DNA of 59,519 nucleotides, filler included, from Nemertoderma westbladi (Eukaryota; Animalia; Xenacoelomorpha), in assembly GCA_032718475.1 (NCBI GenBank). It is 3 parts of 3 records of this genome, joined end to end, with 100 filler letters (N's around TTAATTAATTAA, not from the genome) between each part and the next. Parts side by side here need not be neighbours in the genome. Positions count along the whole stretch, not along the records: positions 1 to 18,554 come from JAUCBJ010003702.1; 2 more parts are not named here. The stretch is one strand, 5' to 3'. The position numbers and the translations under genes were made by a program. Shown here in pieces: positions 1 to 12,620 of the stretch. The notes below the pieces were generated by a model, which saw only the letters and a program-made list of their open reading frames with translations, had not been told where the DNA came from and did not search any database. Numbering within the stretch: the first letter of the stretch is position 1; every line of letters begins with the position of its first letter.

Positions 1-610
1 GGGTTACCGTAACGACGCAGGTTTCGAGGTATTTTTAAGGAATAATAAAGCGGCTTTGGAGGGAAGCCAACAAAGACATTGGCGACCCAAATATATTAAT
101 AATGGTGGATCAGTCGGTCATGAATTTACCACAAAGTAAGGGCATAATCCTTCACTCAATATCACATGGGGAACTTCAGTGCAATTTGTATTATATACGT
201 ATCTTATGTGGTTGTTATTATGTAAAGGCAGGCAATGGGCCAGGTGGATATTAACAGCTGAGCTAGGCGCTGGACCAATCAGAGCCTCGACTTATGGGGC
301 TGCCTGAACACATATTAGTCATAGGTATTTAAACCAGTACAATCCCATTATTCAGTTAGTTGTGTGGAAAGTTATTGATAGATAGGCTAGGTTAGTGAAC
401 TAGTTTTTACCAGTTTGTTCAGTACGATTCAACATGCAGACATGTTAGTAAACTCTATGACATTATTTTTATCAGCAATTAATACAATTCAGATTATCAA
501 CAAACTCAGTTCTTTTGGTTATACAATAACGTCTGACAGACCGACTTACGGAACTTACTATCTTACGGAGCGACGCGGCCAAGTCGCACAACTCCGGCGC
601 TACCGTAACA
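1..610 (+). mobile_element. Probable LTR (right part; left end outside the window) inserted in the intron of the duplicated PLEKHG5-like segment
   Basis: Ends in ...TACCGTAACA (CA terminus) exactly where similarity to the paralogous intron (11740 onward) begins. CCAAT and TATTTAAA are present internally. The left end and TSD cannot be seen. Confidence 0.5.
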
Positions 611-668
611 TATCTTATGTATTGAACTATTAGATTTTGATGAATGAAAATATATGTTGTCCTACTCT

Positions 669-1238
669 TGTGACGGGATCCACCGAGGATCCCGGTTTAT
701 CCGGTGTCTAATCTACGCGTCCCCGCCGTGTGTATGTGAAAAGAGTTCTGGGTTGTTGATTGATCGATGTATATAGACGTAAGGGTATGATATAAGATAT
801 AAGATATAGCACAGTTAAAGTGAATGATAGAATGTACCGGTAAAATGGCTTAATATTGCAGACAGTAGACGGAGATGGTGATTAGAGTTCCGGTACTGCC
901 CTAACTAACTGACTTACTGAAGTGAATGAATTGGCACAACGAATGATAATATATATTGCACTGGTTGGCCGCATTACGTTACTCAGTGGATGCCTTCCCC
1001 CCATTGGCTAACAACTCACTTCTCGCCTTCCACCTCTCTGGGAGTGTTTTCCCTCCCCACTGCTGTTATTCTCTCTCTCGGAGGTATAACCTCTGACCCC
1101 CTTTGTGTGTTCCCCTGGGGCCTGTTGTCCCCGTTTATTGGGGTGACACGAGGTTGATTGGTAATCAACCTCGTGCTCCCAATATTGCTTAAAACCAACT
1201 TTGTGTGGGCCTGGTTAGCGGAATTGAATACGCTAACA
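669..1238. mobile_element. Solo LTR, 570 bp, with 5-bp TSD ACTCT
   Basis: Starts TGTGACG and ends CGCTAACA, flanked by ACTCT at 664-668 and 1239-1243. The paralogous locus near 11800 shows the empty site (CCCTACTCCTACAAACGTATTC). Internal 13-bp-stem hairpin at 1147-1175. Confidence 0.85.
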
Positions 1239-1308
1239 ACTCTTACATACATATTCATTTCTGATTGTTAATTGTGTAGCAGTGTGTATAAGAATAGGGC
1301 TCGCCTAT

Positions 1309-2016
1309 CTAAAATGTTTTCAATTTAATTTTGTTTTGAACCAGTTTTGTCTGATTACTAGGCTTCCTTCCATTACAAGAAATTTCTGCTACAGGGAGAT
1401 CATGAATAAATATTGGTTTGTCGCCAATATCCAGATCATTATCAATCCCATTCTCGCTACCTTTGTCGAGAATATCAATACCACTTTCGCAATCTTTGTC
1501 GCCATTATCAATACCATTCTCGCTTCCATTGTCAACATCATTCCTGCTTGTTTCACAATTATCTATCTCATTATCAATGATGCTGTTGCAATTGGCATCT
1601 ATGTCGTTGACATAGTCGTCAATGTCAGAGACTTCGAGAGCATCATCAGTTATCTCTGGTTCGTTCTGTATCATGTGGATTCTTCTACCAGCTAGTAGAT
1701 TCGTTTTGTAATTTTTTGGCAAAGGGTGCCTTCCATTTTCCAAATATAATTCAAGATTATTAGCTGTAATATTATTATCTAATAGAAATTTTTCTAAAGC
1801 TTCAATCAAATCTAAGTCATTAGCTGGCAGAATTAAAGTTTCCTGCTTGTCAGGATGTATTATGTTAGAATAAACCAAAGTGAATTCATTGTAATTTTTC
1901 TCTCTTGGTTTCCCCTGGAAGGATTCAGCAAATATTTCCTCAATTTCATCCCCACTTGTATTGTTGTCATCGATATCACTTACGCTTTCAGTATCTGTTG
2001 TATGACTTTCTGTCAT
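1309..2016 (-). CDS. Duplicated first exon of the PLEKHG5-like gene (RBD/ubiquitin-like domain plus acidic D/N-rich tract); paralog or pseudo-exon
   Basis: About 13 substitutions in ~750 bp relative to 11832-12575. The ATG lies at the homology breakpoint. Any downstream exon would be left of the window. Confidence 0.6.
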   Translation of the reverse strand: MTESHTTDTESVSDIDDNNTSGDEIEEIFAESFQGKPREKNYNEFTLVYSNIIHPDKQETLILPANDLDLIEALEKFLLDNNITANNLELYLENGRHPLPKNYKTNLLAGRRIHMIQNEPEITDDALEVSDIDDYVNDIDANCNSIIDNEIDNCETSRNDVDNGSENGIDNGDKDCESGIDILDKGSENGIDNDLDIGDKPIFIHDLPVAEISCNGRKPSNQTKLVQNKIKLKTF

Positions 2017-2559
2017 AGTTAATCAGTAGGTACAGAATAGATAGACGTATAATATAATATATAGGCCTACAGCGGCACAATCAGACAGTACAATTCCAGA
2101 CATAAGACAGAAAGACAACCGAATAGCACCACCTAAAACACCGAACCCAATATAAATCCTACCTACTATCCAGACTCCACCACTACCGGCACAGAAAATA
2201 TATGTCCCTTTCTTACTATGTATTATTTTTCCCCTTGCACGATCATATCCTTACATATTATATATTTATATCCTTAAAAAGCGTTCTTGCCACAGAGTGT
2301 AAAAATATAATGATAACAACAATGTCTAACAGCACAAAAACTTTAAATTTCAATTATTTAAAAATAAACTATTTAATTAATTCCAACACATAAAAGAAAC
2401 AATATATTTTTTTCCTTATTCATTTAACCATTCCCCGTATAAGACTGGCTTGGCACTTCCGCTTTACAATTTCATAATCTGTCAATATTTACAAACGATA
2501 TCTTATCTTGCGGCTTGTCAATCAATCAATTGTCAATCAATTTCTGAATTATGGTTGAC

Positions 2560-3200
2560 ACTTTAAAGAATTCTATAAGGCCCGTGAAATGGCCTAGTGA
2601 GTTTGTAATACTTTCCCTTTACCAAATCTGGCCGGTGAAGAAACACCCTATGCCCGTCTCGATATGTGACTGGTTTGCGTTTTTTATCGAACTGTTCTAT
2701 ATATTACACCGCGATTTAAAAATGTTGCGTCGTGCAATATCCCAGGCAGTGGACAATTTATCAGACAACTCAGTTCTATAATAATCTAAATTCACTTGGT
2801 AGACTGTTCGAGGTCTATTTGAAGCCGTTTCCGTTAGCAACATATAACCAACAAATAAGTGATTCATTTGTACTTGAGTGTTGTGATGTTCTATACGCAA
2901 ATAATACACAAGGTAACATCCTATCCCAGTCATTATTGTGTCTGCCAGCCGTTTTTGCTAACATGTCTAAAAGCGTTCTGTTAAAACGCTCTATCATTCC
3001 ATCCGTCTGAGGATGAAATGCACTTGTATTTATTTTTCGAATACCGCACAAATCACACACAGATAAAAAATACTTGAGACTTAAAATTAGTACCCCTGCC
3101 TGATAACAACTATATAATACCTGCCAATAAAATCTATGAAACAATTTGCTACTGGCTCCGCTTTCTCGTATGGTACCGCATAGGCCTCTATCCATTTTGT
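2560..3200 (-). pseudogene. Decayed Ty3/Gypsy integrase fragment
   Basis: rve C-terminal motifs TSAFHPQTDGMIERFNRTL and WDRMLPCVLFAYRTSQHSST, continuing through frameshifts. Confidence 0.85.
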
Positions 3201-4232
3201 TAAATAATCCCCGAATTAAATTCACTTTTTATTCCCCGATTCAGTTAAAGGTAAGGTCATTTCAGATGTCAGTTTTAATCACGTTTTTGTCACGTTTAAT
3301 AAATCTAGTCTGTCTGTCTGTCGGTCTTACTGTCAGTCTGTACTACTGTACTGTGGTTGGCATTAAGCCATATACCTAACATTGATAATACAGTCTACAA
3401 TACAGCCTATCTACAGTACAGAATGGATTTTTTCCCATGAAGAGCACTAAATGTCTTTAATACTGTCCACCAGTATACCTAGACCAAAGTTCTAGAACAT
3501 TAGTAGATATGTTATTTATGATAGCTACCGGTAGTGTTTTTTTGCTAGCTGGTATTTTTAGAAATTATAAAAAATGTGAAAGTCCATGATATTTCAGGTT
3601 CAACTGTTGAAGAATATATTAATGATCAAAATAATTTCCAAAAATTACTAGCTAGTAAAAAATACTAGCATTATACATTATACATATACATTATATATAA
3701 AAAAGCACTCAAAATCACAAAAAATAAAGGGACCCTTTTGCTTAAGGAGTCAAAATTGTAGAATAAATTCGCGATGTTTGCGACGTTTGCGAAATTCGCG
3801 ACGTTTGCGAAATTCGCGAAGAATCCGTCAGTTTCTGTGCCCTAATGGGTTCGTGCCAAAACAATAAAATCTTACACACTTAACACACGCGAACTAATTT
3901 AAAGTGGGTATTAGTATGCCTGAATAATTAAATAGAAATTAAATTAATGAACGCTATTTCAACATGAAATCTACGGAATCTATACACAACACACGCACAC
4001 TACTGAATTTAAAAATGTATATAGATTGCAACTTATATTTGGCTACCTTTTAATGGGTGACTAATTTAATTATTCACCCCTATATATTTGTAGCATTTTT
4101 AATTTGTGCCTTTAATTGAATCAAACATTAAACTAAAATATATGTCACAATATTGATCTGTCTGTAGCTGGTCAATGAATCTCTCATAAATGTGTTAATT
4201 AGTCGCTGCTCAGTCATTGAACATTTGAACAC

Positions 4233-4878
4233 GTGCTGCTCGAAGACCCCACAACGTGTTCCATTCCGCTTATTGACTTCATAACTAACAGTACATTAAA
4301 ATCATTACTCCCACTTGAAAGTCCTACAAAACCAGTTTTAGCATATGGAGATAAAGAAATCATATGCGTTGGTTCATTCGTTGGACATATTTCCACTCAC
4401 AAAGCATTGAAGCAAAGATTATGGTTGTTAAGGGCCAAGTAACCTCGAAACCACTCCTGGTGAAATTGCTTTCCAGCTAGGAATACTAGCCATTGCTTTG
4501 CTAGATCCGAGCATTGTTTTGCGAATAGTCCAAATGGTAATTTCTTTGATTTTAACAGTCCAAATCAAGTCAAATCAATATCTATTAATGGGATGTATCC
4601 GGAGCTACAAGATGTTGCAAAAGATATTCCATTATGCATCCAACACTGTCGAAGTATATTTCGACTATAATTGGGGAAGATATCAACAATCACCATTAAT
4701 CTCATGATAAATGAAGATATTAAACCTATTGCTCAAGTGCCAAGAAAGATTCCTTTTTGTTACGAAAAACGCCATGAAGAACATTTGGCGTGCTTAGAAT
4801 GCAATGGCATTATTGAGGATGCCCCGGTTGATGTTCCTACTACTTGGGTATCAAATCTAGTGTTTGTGCATAAATCAA
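4233..4878 (+). pseudogene. Decayed Gypsy pol, 5' part (protease region and RT N-terminus)
   Basis: PIAQVPRKIPF...LECNGIIE...WVSNLVFVHK is the usual Gypsy RT N-terminus. Frameshifted, and interrupted after 4878. Confidence 0.75.
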
Positions 4879-5447
4879 GAGAGAGGGCTGTTGCGCTGTC
4901 AGTCAGAGAGGTAACAGCCCGTGGGCGTGGGGTAAGGATTTACCTCTGGGACCTGTATTAGGCAAAATAGCAGTAGCTGTGTAGGCCCACCAGTACTGTG
5001 CATGGTACATGACCCGAAATTTAGCCTACATCTGTAAATAATACACGGTTTCGCGGTACAAGACCATATAAATTAGACCACCATCTGTAAAATGCTTGCG
5101 TGAGTTCAGGAGTTGCACAGTTGTCAGGATGTGCTGATTCTATATCATGCACTAGGCCTACGGATTCTGGTAGCCTGGAGCTAGACCACTACAAAAACTG
5201 ATGCGACAGAGCGAGGTGCCGTTAGCCTAACATTTCTTGGCGGCTGGTCCGATAACACTCAACGCATTGTTTGGTTGGACATTGACATTACCGGTATTGC
5301 ATTACAGTGTACATTATTACATACTGATTAGTATGGATTGAGAAATTGGATAGCCTATATTTGGACGTCAATGGATGGATAGGTTTGGTTTGAGAAACTA
5401 ATATCACGTAGGCCTACCTAATCATATCTTTGCGTTAATTATTACTA

Positions 5448-5762
5448 GATCCACTGGCCCCAGCCACCTTCAACAAACCATCATTGCTGGGGGACACTCA
5501 GCTGAGGGGGTGGAGCGCATTAAAAACTCTTAAGTATCGCGACCTAATGGAACGGGCCATTTCTTTCACCCCGTGGCCTTTGAGACCTTTGGCCGCCCTG
5601 GTCCAGAGACATCCACCTTCCTCTGGGAGATCAGGGCTCGTCTCCAGTGCCACACACGAACCGTGGTCACACCAGTTTCTGCTCCAGCGCCTGGAGATGG
5701 CAATTTTGGTTGGTATTGCAGCCTCAGCAACCATGCCGACCATCGGTCTATTCGGGCACTGA
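5448..5762 (+). pseudogene. 3' end of a CRE-like (restriction-like endonuclease) non-LTR retrotransposon
   Basis: Across frames it reads K..KYRDL...FTP.AFETFGRPGPETSTFLWEIRARL...FLLQRLEMAILVGIAAS, which fits the C-terminus of CRE-clade proteins. Confidence 0.65.
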
Positions 5763-6220
5763 AGAGCCGAAACCAATCGAAACTGTCGAAATGGTTGCCA
5801 ATGGAGTCACCAACGGGATGACGGCCGAAGATATTCAATACTCTTTATCTTATGCAATCTCAAATATTCAATGTTTGTTCCCTAGATGGGGCAGTACTGT
5901 TTGGGCACAGTGCTGTAAATGCTGCAGCCTAGCCCAACTCCGGCTTTCATCCTTCAGTGGTCGATTGGGAACCAAGGCAACTTGGGAAACAGAGTGGAAG
6001 GATTTACTATGGAAGATCACCCATGGTGGTGAACAGGCATTCCTTGGCTTAACGAGTCTAAAAGATTCTCCCATTCAAATATTCAATTCGGTACTGTACC
6101 TTCAATTCAATATTCAATCTTAGTATTATTTCTGTGCTTCGTTATTTAATAATGTGATTAGATAAAAAAATAAATTAATGAAATATAATTAATCTGTTAA
6201 TTATTACAAAAAAAATCCAA

Positions 6221-6332
6221 CATTATATTAACATTTATATAGTTTTGAATTAAATGTTTTGAAATCAACAGTCATTCATTATATTAACATTTATATAGTT
6301 TTGAATTAAATGTTTTGAAATCAACAGTCATT
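6221..6332. repeat. Perfect 56-bp tandem duplication
   Basis: CATTATATTAAC...CAACAGTCATT occurs twice in tandem. Confidence 0.95.
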
Positions 6333-7519
6333 CAATGAACTTAAACAGCAGTGTCATATATCGCGTATCCCTTGGTTTAATCACTATATTCAAGTATAAC
6401 TGAATCCTGGCCCACCGCCTTTACCCTCCACTGATAATTTAAAATCGTAACTCATTCAATCTTTGACTAAATTATACCAAACTTGGTAAACATCTAAACA
6501 TGTAATCTTGTCTATCGGCTAAAATAAACACAACTTGCTCAAGTTTCCCCTATAAAGTTTTTTCCTATAGAACAGGATGCATGCAGTTTTATTTTAGTAG
6601 TAAACAAGCTGTTATTTGCGTCGATTTTCACCTGGAGAGGGAAGAATATTGATTGCGCCCCCCCCCCCCCCCCCCCCCCTACCTGCAGTTAAGTGAAAAT
6701 ATTTCGACACATTTAATTTTATTATCACGGTCGCGCATCAAGTAGTCTGTCAAAAGATACAATTCATTATAAACATAACAAAATTAATTATAATAATTCT
6801 AAAAATATAAGGCAGATTTTCCTAAAGTTAGCTCTTTAGTCTTTAGCAATCTTATACATTGACAAGACTTATAAAATAATTGATGTTGAATAATTATTAT
6901 TAAGATTAAAATATATTATTAGGAATTCGAAGAAAGCAAATTGTATTGAGTTAGTATTGGCAAGTTAATCTCACAAACCAGTCTAGTCTAACTTTACAGT
7001 ATCCTTGTTCGCATTGTTCCAGGTTTAGGCCTATAGATTCCACCGTCTTCGTTCCAGGTTTAATACTGTAATAGACTCCGTTATCCGTCTCGATCGCTTC
7101 GCTATGCACCATCTTACTGGGTTTAATAAACTCCATCGCCTTCCTGTCGTTCTCTGTTTTGTAGATTACTTCGCCATCGTCTGATTGCTTTGGTTGCGTG
7201 TTTAATACTGTAATAGACTCCATCGCCATCGTATCGTTCTGGATACATTGAATAGACTCCATTGTCCATCGCGATCGTTTCATTGTTTACGTGTAATTGA
7301 CTCCGTCGCCTCCTCGGATTAGGAATCCGGCCGGGTTTCGTAGATTCCGCCATCGTTCAGCAGTTCAGTGTTTTTAATCAAAGCCAGAATTCCGGCAACG
7401 GCACCACGATCAACGATTTCGGAAGTAACAGACTCCGTCAACAACACTCGGGGTTTAAAAAATACAACTATCGGGCAACTTGTAACTGGGCGATCATCTA
7501 TCTGATAGTTGAAAAAGCC

Positions 7520-9395
7520 AAGCAGCAAATACAGCAATTATGCGTAATAAGAATGATCTACCCACCCTAGATTATATCTTGTTTGCTGTCAATGGCGCCC
7601 ATATTTTTAGTCATGTTGACCTCAATAATGGCTACCATCAACTAAAGTTATCTCAAGGAAGCCGACCAATCACCACTTTTATTACTCATATTGGTAACAA
7701 GAGATACAAATGTCTTCCTTTTGGCATGGCATCAGTCCAGGACGAATTTGACAGAAATACGCGAATACGCCGAATAATATATGGAATTTCTGGGGCTCGA
7801 AACATATCTGATGACATAATTAGTTATTGTAAAACAGTTGAAGAGCATGATCGTGCCTTAAAATAGGTCTTTGAATGGTTATTAAAGGCTGGAGTAACCC
7901 TGAAACGTAGTAAATGTGAAATTAATCTCCCAGAAATACAATTTTTTGGGGTTATATTAAGAAATCGGGGCGTAAAGCCTGACCCATCAAAAGTTCGGGC
8001 AATCTGTGAGATGGCTCACTTCGCTCAAAGGAAGATGTCCGTTCACTATTAATTGGCTATGGTTGGGGTATCACATCTGTTTATGTCCCTGAACTTTCCC
8101 GCACCACTAAGAGACTTAAGAACTGAGGAAATACCAGTTAGTTGGGGACCTAGGGAAATAGCAACTTTTGAACTACTGAAGAAATCGATCAGTGATCAAT
8201 GCTTGCTTGGCTACTATATGTACCAATGGCACCAACAGAATTCCATGTTGTTTTCCACAAATCTGGTCTTGGTGCAATTCTCGTTCAGTTTGACACGAAT
8301 ACAAAGAACCTAAAGAACATAAGTTCCAAAGATGTTTGCTAGTCGTGCTACTACGAGGGCTGAGTCCCGTTATAGTCAGACTCAAGGTGAGTGTTTGCAG
8401 CGAAATGGGGCTCTCAGCATTTTAGAATGTATTTATTGGAAGCCGATATACAATTATAACAGACCTCTTACCACTTCAATCACTTTTATCAAATCCACTA
8501 AAACAAGTGCCCCTTCGGATAGAACGATGGTTTATGTATCTTCAGGAGTTTGATTATTCAATACTTTACCGATTTTGAGGAAGATATAACCAAATCAGTA
8601 ACTATGTAGTTTGTTTGATGGATCCTTAAATCAGGCAGTGAAACTTGAGGACGTTTTAAAGGAATCTGAAATTTCATTCAGCAAATTGAGTGTTGTTGTA
8701 AAGCATGGACGATGTGAGTTACACAGAAATAACCCAGACATTTCACAATTTTTGTTCATACGTGATGAAATTTCATTTTTAGATGGAATTATGTTACAAG
8801 GAAATAAAGTGATAATACCTCCTCAGTTGGAAAAGAGAGTTCTAGATAATGTAAACATTGGGCACCAAGACATTTCGAAAATGAAGACATGACGTTCATG
8901 CTACAGTAGTTCCCTGGATTACACAGTAAAGTAGATAAATTAGTTCGCCAATGTTTGGCTTGTCAGGCCGTGATTCCATCCACTCACCGTTCGCCAATGT
9001 TTGGCTTGTCAGGCCGTGATTCCATCCACTCACCGTTCGCCAATGTTTGGCTTGTCAGGCCGTGATTCCATCCACTCACCGTTCGCCAATGTTTGGCTTG
9101 TCAGGCCGTGATTCCATCCACTCACCGGGCATCACTGGAAATGAGTTCATTGCCGAAATATCCTTTCCAGAATGTTTCTGTCGACTTCTGTGGACCCTTT
9201 CCAATAGGGAATTCTGCCCTGGTAAAGATTGATGAGTATTCCCGATATCCGGATATCGAATTTACGACAAGTACTTCATTCCATCCAAAATCAGATAAAT
9301 TAACTAAGATGTTTGGACAACATGGACACGATTATCCGGTCCGGACTCCCATTGACACCCAGAAATGGTAAAGACTGACAATGGACCCCCTTTCC
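7520..9395 (+). pseudogene. Decayed Gypsy pol, 3' part (RT, RNase H, integrase)
   Basis: RT: FSHVDLNNGYHQL, LPFGMAS, NISDDII. RNase H: FASRATTRAESRYSQT. Integrase: VSVDFCGPF, IDEYSRYP, KTDNGPPF. Many stops and frameshifts. Confidence 0.9.
8943..9126. repeat. 46-bp unit x4, perfect tandem
   Basis: GTTCGCCAATGTTTGGCTTGTCAGGCCGTGATTCCATCCACTCACC four times, covering the integrase CxxC codons. Confidence 0.95.
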
Positions 9396-9744
9396 CCGAC
9401 ACCGAGAGGTAAAAGCATAGGTACAATGTTAATAATCATTATTATCAACGATAATTATTTATTAGTTAATAAATAATCTAAGTTTATTGTATTGGTTAGT
9501 TTTTTAAATAAACAAACCTAACTATAATGGGAGTTTATATACTTTGTTAGAAATAATTATAGGGTGGGGGTTAATATTGTTAGAATTAATTGAAAAAATA
9601 TGTTTTTATTATGGGGGAAGACGGAATAATTAATAATATTAAATCAAAATACACAATAATACTTAATATTAATAATATAATTAAAGTCTGGTTAAGCGAG
9701 ATGGGCATTTATATAATTAAGTAAATCAAACAACACGAAATATA

Positions 9745-11462
9745 TTACGTCATCATTGTTACTGTAACTTTAGGAATATCAAATTGTTTAGAATCTTGGT
9801 TCGTTAACTTCTGACACGATTGCTTTGCTTTTTGTATGGCTGCAACCCAGGCTCCAGCCTGTCTGCTATTAGCGGTCAGAACTGTAAATACCTCTTCAGG
9901 TATCCTATACGTTGTGTTGCTGTACACCAAAAGGAATGTACTCTTATCTTGGAGTTCGTGCAAATGGAGCTGATTCAATATCATTAAGGGTTTAATTAGT
10001 TTTATCTTGTCGTCCCGTTTGGTACTTTTAGAAACTAGGAAAATATCGGTAAATAAATAGCCATAGGATTCAACCTTTCTGGTACCCTCTTTGATTTTAA
10101 ATGGGCCATCCATTAAAATATTGCGTTTTTTCCGCGTGTTTGGGATGGGGTTGATTAAATTAAGTGCGGGATATCTTTTCACAATATCACAAACCTCATC
10201 GCTATAATCAATAATGTTTGGGTAAGATTCAATCTGGGAATTCAATTTCCTCAACACGTGTAACTCTTCATTATTATTAACCTCTTCATTAACTTTACCG
10301 ATAAATACATTAACTTCACTAACAATGTTCTCTAGTATCGAATATTCATCTTTGGTTGCCAATTTTCCCTGCATTGTCTTTAGTAAAAGGGGATACTTAG
10401 TAAGTCTTTGCATTGGTTTAACCATCATATCCGATAGCAGTAGTCTATTACATTCGGGCCAGGATTCGCCCCATTCCACAAACCGTTTAAATATTTCGTT
10501 TTCATTGTAACACATTTTCATGTATTCAATGCTGCTCTGAGCTTGTATACCTTGTTCTATGTAGGGTTGGAAATTTATTTCGAATTTCTTAAACAATTCA
10601 GCAATGAGAATGGCGTCGACACAATTACCTGTCTCGCGACTAACTTCCACTATTTTCTTCATATTAGTCCAAAGATTAATGTGACATTTCCTCACATCCC
10701 TCATATTACTAAAAAGTACTATAGTATCTACTTCCCGCAGTATATTTAGTGAATGCAAATGTTCTAGTGGAGACAAAAATAGATTAATTATTACATCTAA
10801 ATGTCGAATATGCGAGGATTCTGTTGTGAACAATTCCCATAGAGCGGATTGTTGGGTAAACAGTCTCTTACTAAGGTTGCTGGCATCCTCCACAATATCG
10901 GCCCAGTCTCCATCTACGCGCATATCCATTGACGTATCAGGCGTATCAAACATTTCATCTGAACTTCGGGAATTCAAGGTTTTGAAGTTGTTCAGCAGAA
11001 GTTCCAAATGTTTAATTTCTTGCTGCTGCGAGTTTGTCGTTGACGATGTTGCTTTGCTTTTTTCCTTTACACCCGAGGAACCCTTTGAGAAGAGCCGACG
11101 TCTCGCTATAGTTGATATAGAGTTGGACCTAATCTTTGATCTTTGTGGTCCTATTGCTAAATCAGCGACTGATGCTGCCCTGCTTCTGTGAGAGGAGTCT
11201 GGATGCAGCATGTACAGATTATTTGGATTTATCAGAGAATCATAATTAGCAACTTGTGAAATATCGGTGCATGAACTAGATCTGCGATGGCGGGATTTCG
11301 ATTCAACTACAACATCTGCTTTCTTATAAATATTATAAGTGGGCGACCCACTCAATTGGCTTGGCACGCTATCCCATTTCTCCACCACCCCCCTGTCGGA
11401 AGATTCGTCGCATTTATTACTCGCGATGTCGGTGGATTTTTCGTGATTTTCCATCTCGCACC
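9745..11462 (-). CDS. PLEKHG5: RhoGEF DH-PH exon of a PLEKHG5-like gene
   Basis: DH motifs QQSALWELFTTESSHIRHL and LSDMMVKPMQRLTKYPLLL, followed by a PH domain (YLFTDIFLVSK...WVAAIQKA). Proposed acceptor TTTCTGCTACAG ends at 11463; the ORF is open to 11544. Confidence 0.85.
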
Positions 11463-11660
11463 CTGTAGCAGAAACCCTGCAGGTTGGTAAGGAGCTTATC
11501 AGCCAAAATACAGAAGCCAATACGTAAATGAACGCGGCATACATTTATTAAACATGCTTTGTAATGAAAATGTATGTATATGGAATATGGCATATATGTG
11601 ACGAACATCGTGATTCTGTAATGTAATGAATGAATGAAAACGGTACACAATGAACGGTAC

Positions 11661-11729
11661 AGTGCATGCAATGCGGTGCATGCAATGCAGTGCATGCAAT
11701 GCAGTGCATGCAATGCAGTGCATGCAATG
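11661..11729. repeat. 14-bp tandem repeat x5 (AGTGCATGCAATGC) in the putative intron
   Basis: Read directly from the sequence. Confidence 0.9.
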
Positions 11730-11870
11730 AACATACGTGTATCTTATGCATTGAAATACTAGATTTTGATGAATGAGTATATAAATATTGTCGTAGCCCT
11801 ACTCCTACAAACGTATTCGTTTATGATTCTTAATTGTGTAGCAGTGTGTATAAGAATAGGGCTCGCCTAT

Positions 11871-12620
11871 CTAAAATACTTTCAATTTAATTTTGTTTTG
11901 AACCAGTTTTGTCTGATTACTAGGCTTCCTTCCATTACAAGAAATTTCTGCTACAGGGAGATCATGAATAAATATTGGTTTGTCGCCAATATCCAGATCA
12001 TTATCAATCCCATTATCGCTACCTTTGTCGAGAATATCAATACCAATTTCGCAATCTTTGTCGCCATTATCAATACCATTCTCGCTTCCATTGTCAACAT
12101 CATTCCTGCTTGTTTCACAATTATCTATCTCATTATCAATGATGCTGTTGCAATTGGCATCTATGTCGTTGACATAGTCGTCAATGTCAGAGACTTCGAG
12201 AGCATCATCAGTTATCTCTGGTTCGTTCTGTATCATGTGGATTCTTCTACCAGCTAGTAGATTCGTTTTGTAATTTTTTGGCAAAGGGTGCCTTCCATTT
12301 TCCAAATATAATTCAACATTATTAGCTGTAATATTATTATCCAATAGAAAGTTTGCTAAAGCTTCAATCAAATCTAAGTCATTAGCTGGCAGAATTAAAG
12401 TTTCCTGCTTGTCAGGACGTATTATGTTAGAAAAAACCAAAGTGAATTCATTGTAATTTTTCTCTCTTGGTTTCCCCTGGAAGGATTCAGCAAAGATTTC
12501 CTCAATTTCATCCCCACTTGTATTGTTGTCATCAATATCACTTACGCTTTCAGTATCTGCTGTATGACTTTCTGTACGGAGTTGCCACATACTGAATATC
12601 TTTTCCTTTATTTTACTCAT
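11871..12620 (-). CDS. PLEKHG5: Probable first exon of the PLEKHG5-like gene (RBD-like domain)
   Basis: ETLILPANDLDLIEALANFLLDNNITANNVELYLENGRHPLP...LAGRRIHM resembles the N-terminal RBD-like domain of PLEKHG5. Same strand, ~400 bp upstream of the DH-PH exon. Phase-1 donors GTAATG (11938) or GTAATC (11920) join in frame to 11462; the true donor is inferred. Confidence 0.7.
   Translation of the reverse strand: MSKIKEKIFSMWQLRTESHTADTESVSDIDDNNTSGDEIEEIFAESFQGKPREKNYNEFTLVFSNIIRPDKQETLILPANDLDLIEALANFLLDNNITANNVELYLENGRHPLPKNYKTNLLAGRRIHMIQNEPEITDDALEVSDIDDYVNDIDANCNSIIDNEIDNCETSRNDVDNGSENGIDNGDKDCEIGIDILDKGSDNGIDNDLDIGDKPIFIHDLPVAEISCNGRKPSNQTKLVQNKIKLKVF

Noticed and set aside
11463-11544. 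Signal-peptide-like N-terminus (MYAAFIYVLASVFWL) on the RhoGEF ORF
   Set aside because: More simply read-through into intron sequence upstream of the acceptor; RhoGEFs are cytosolic.
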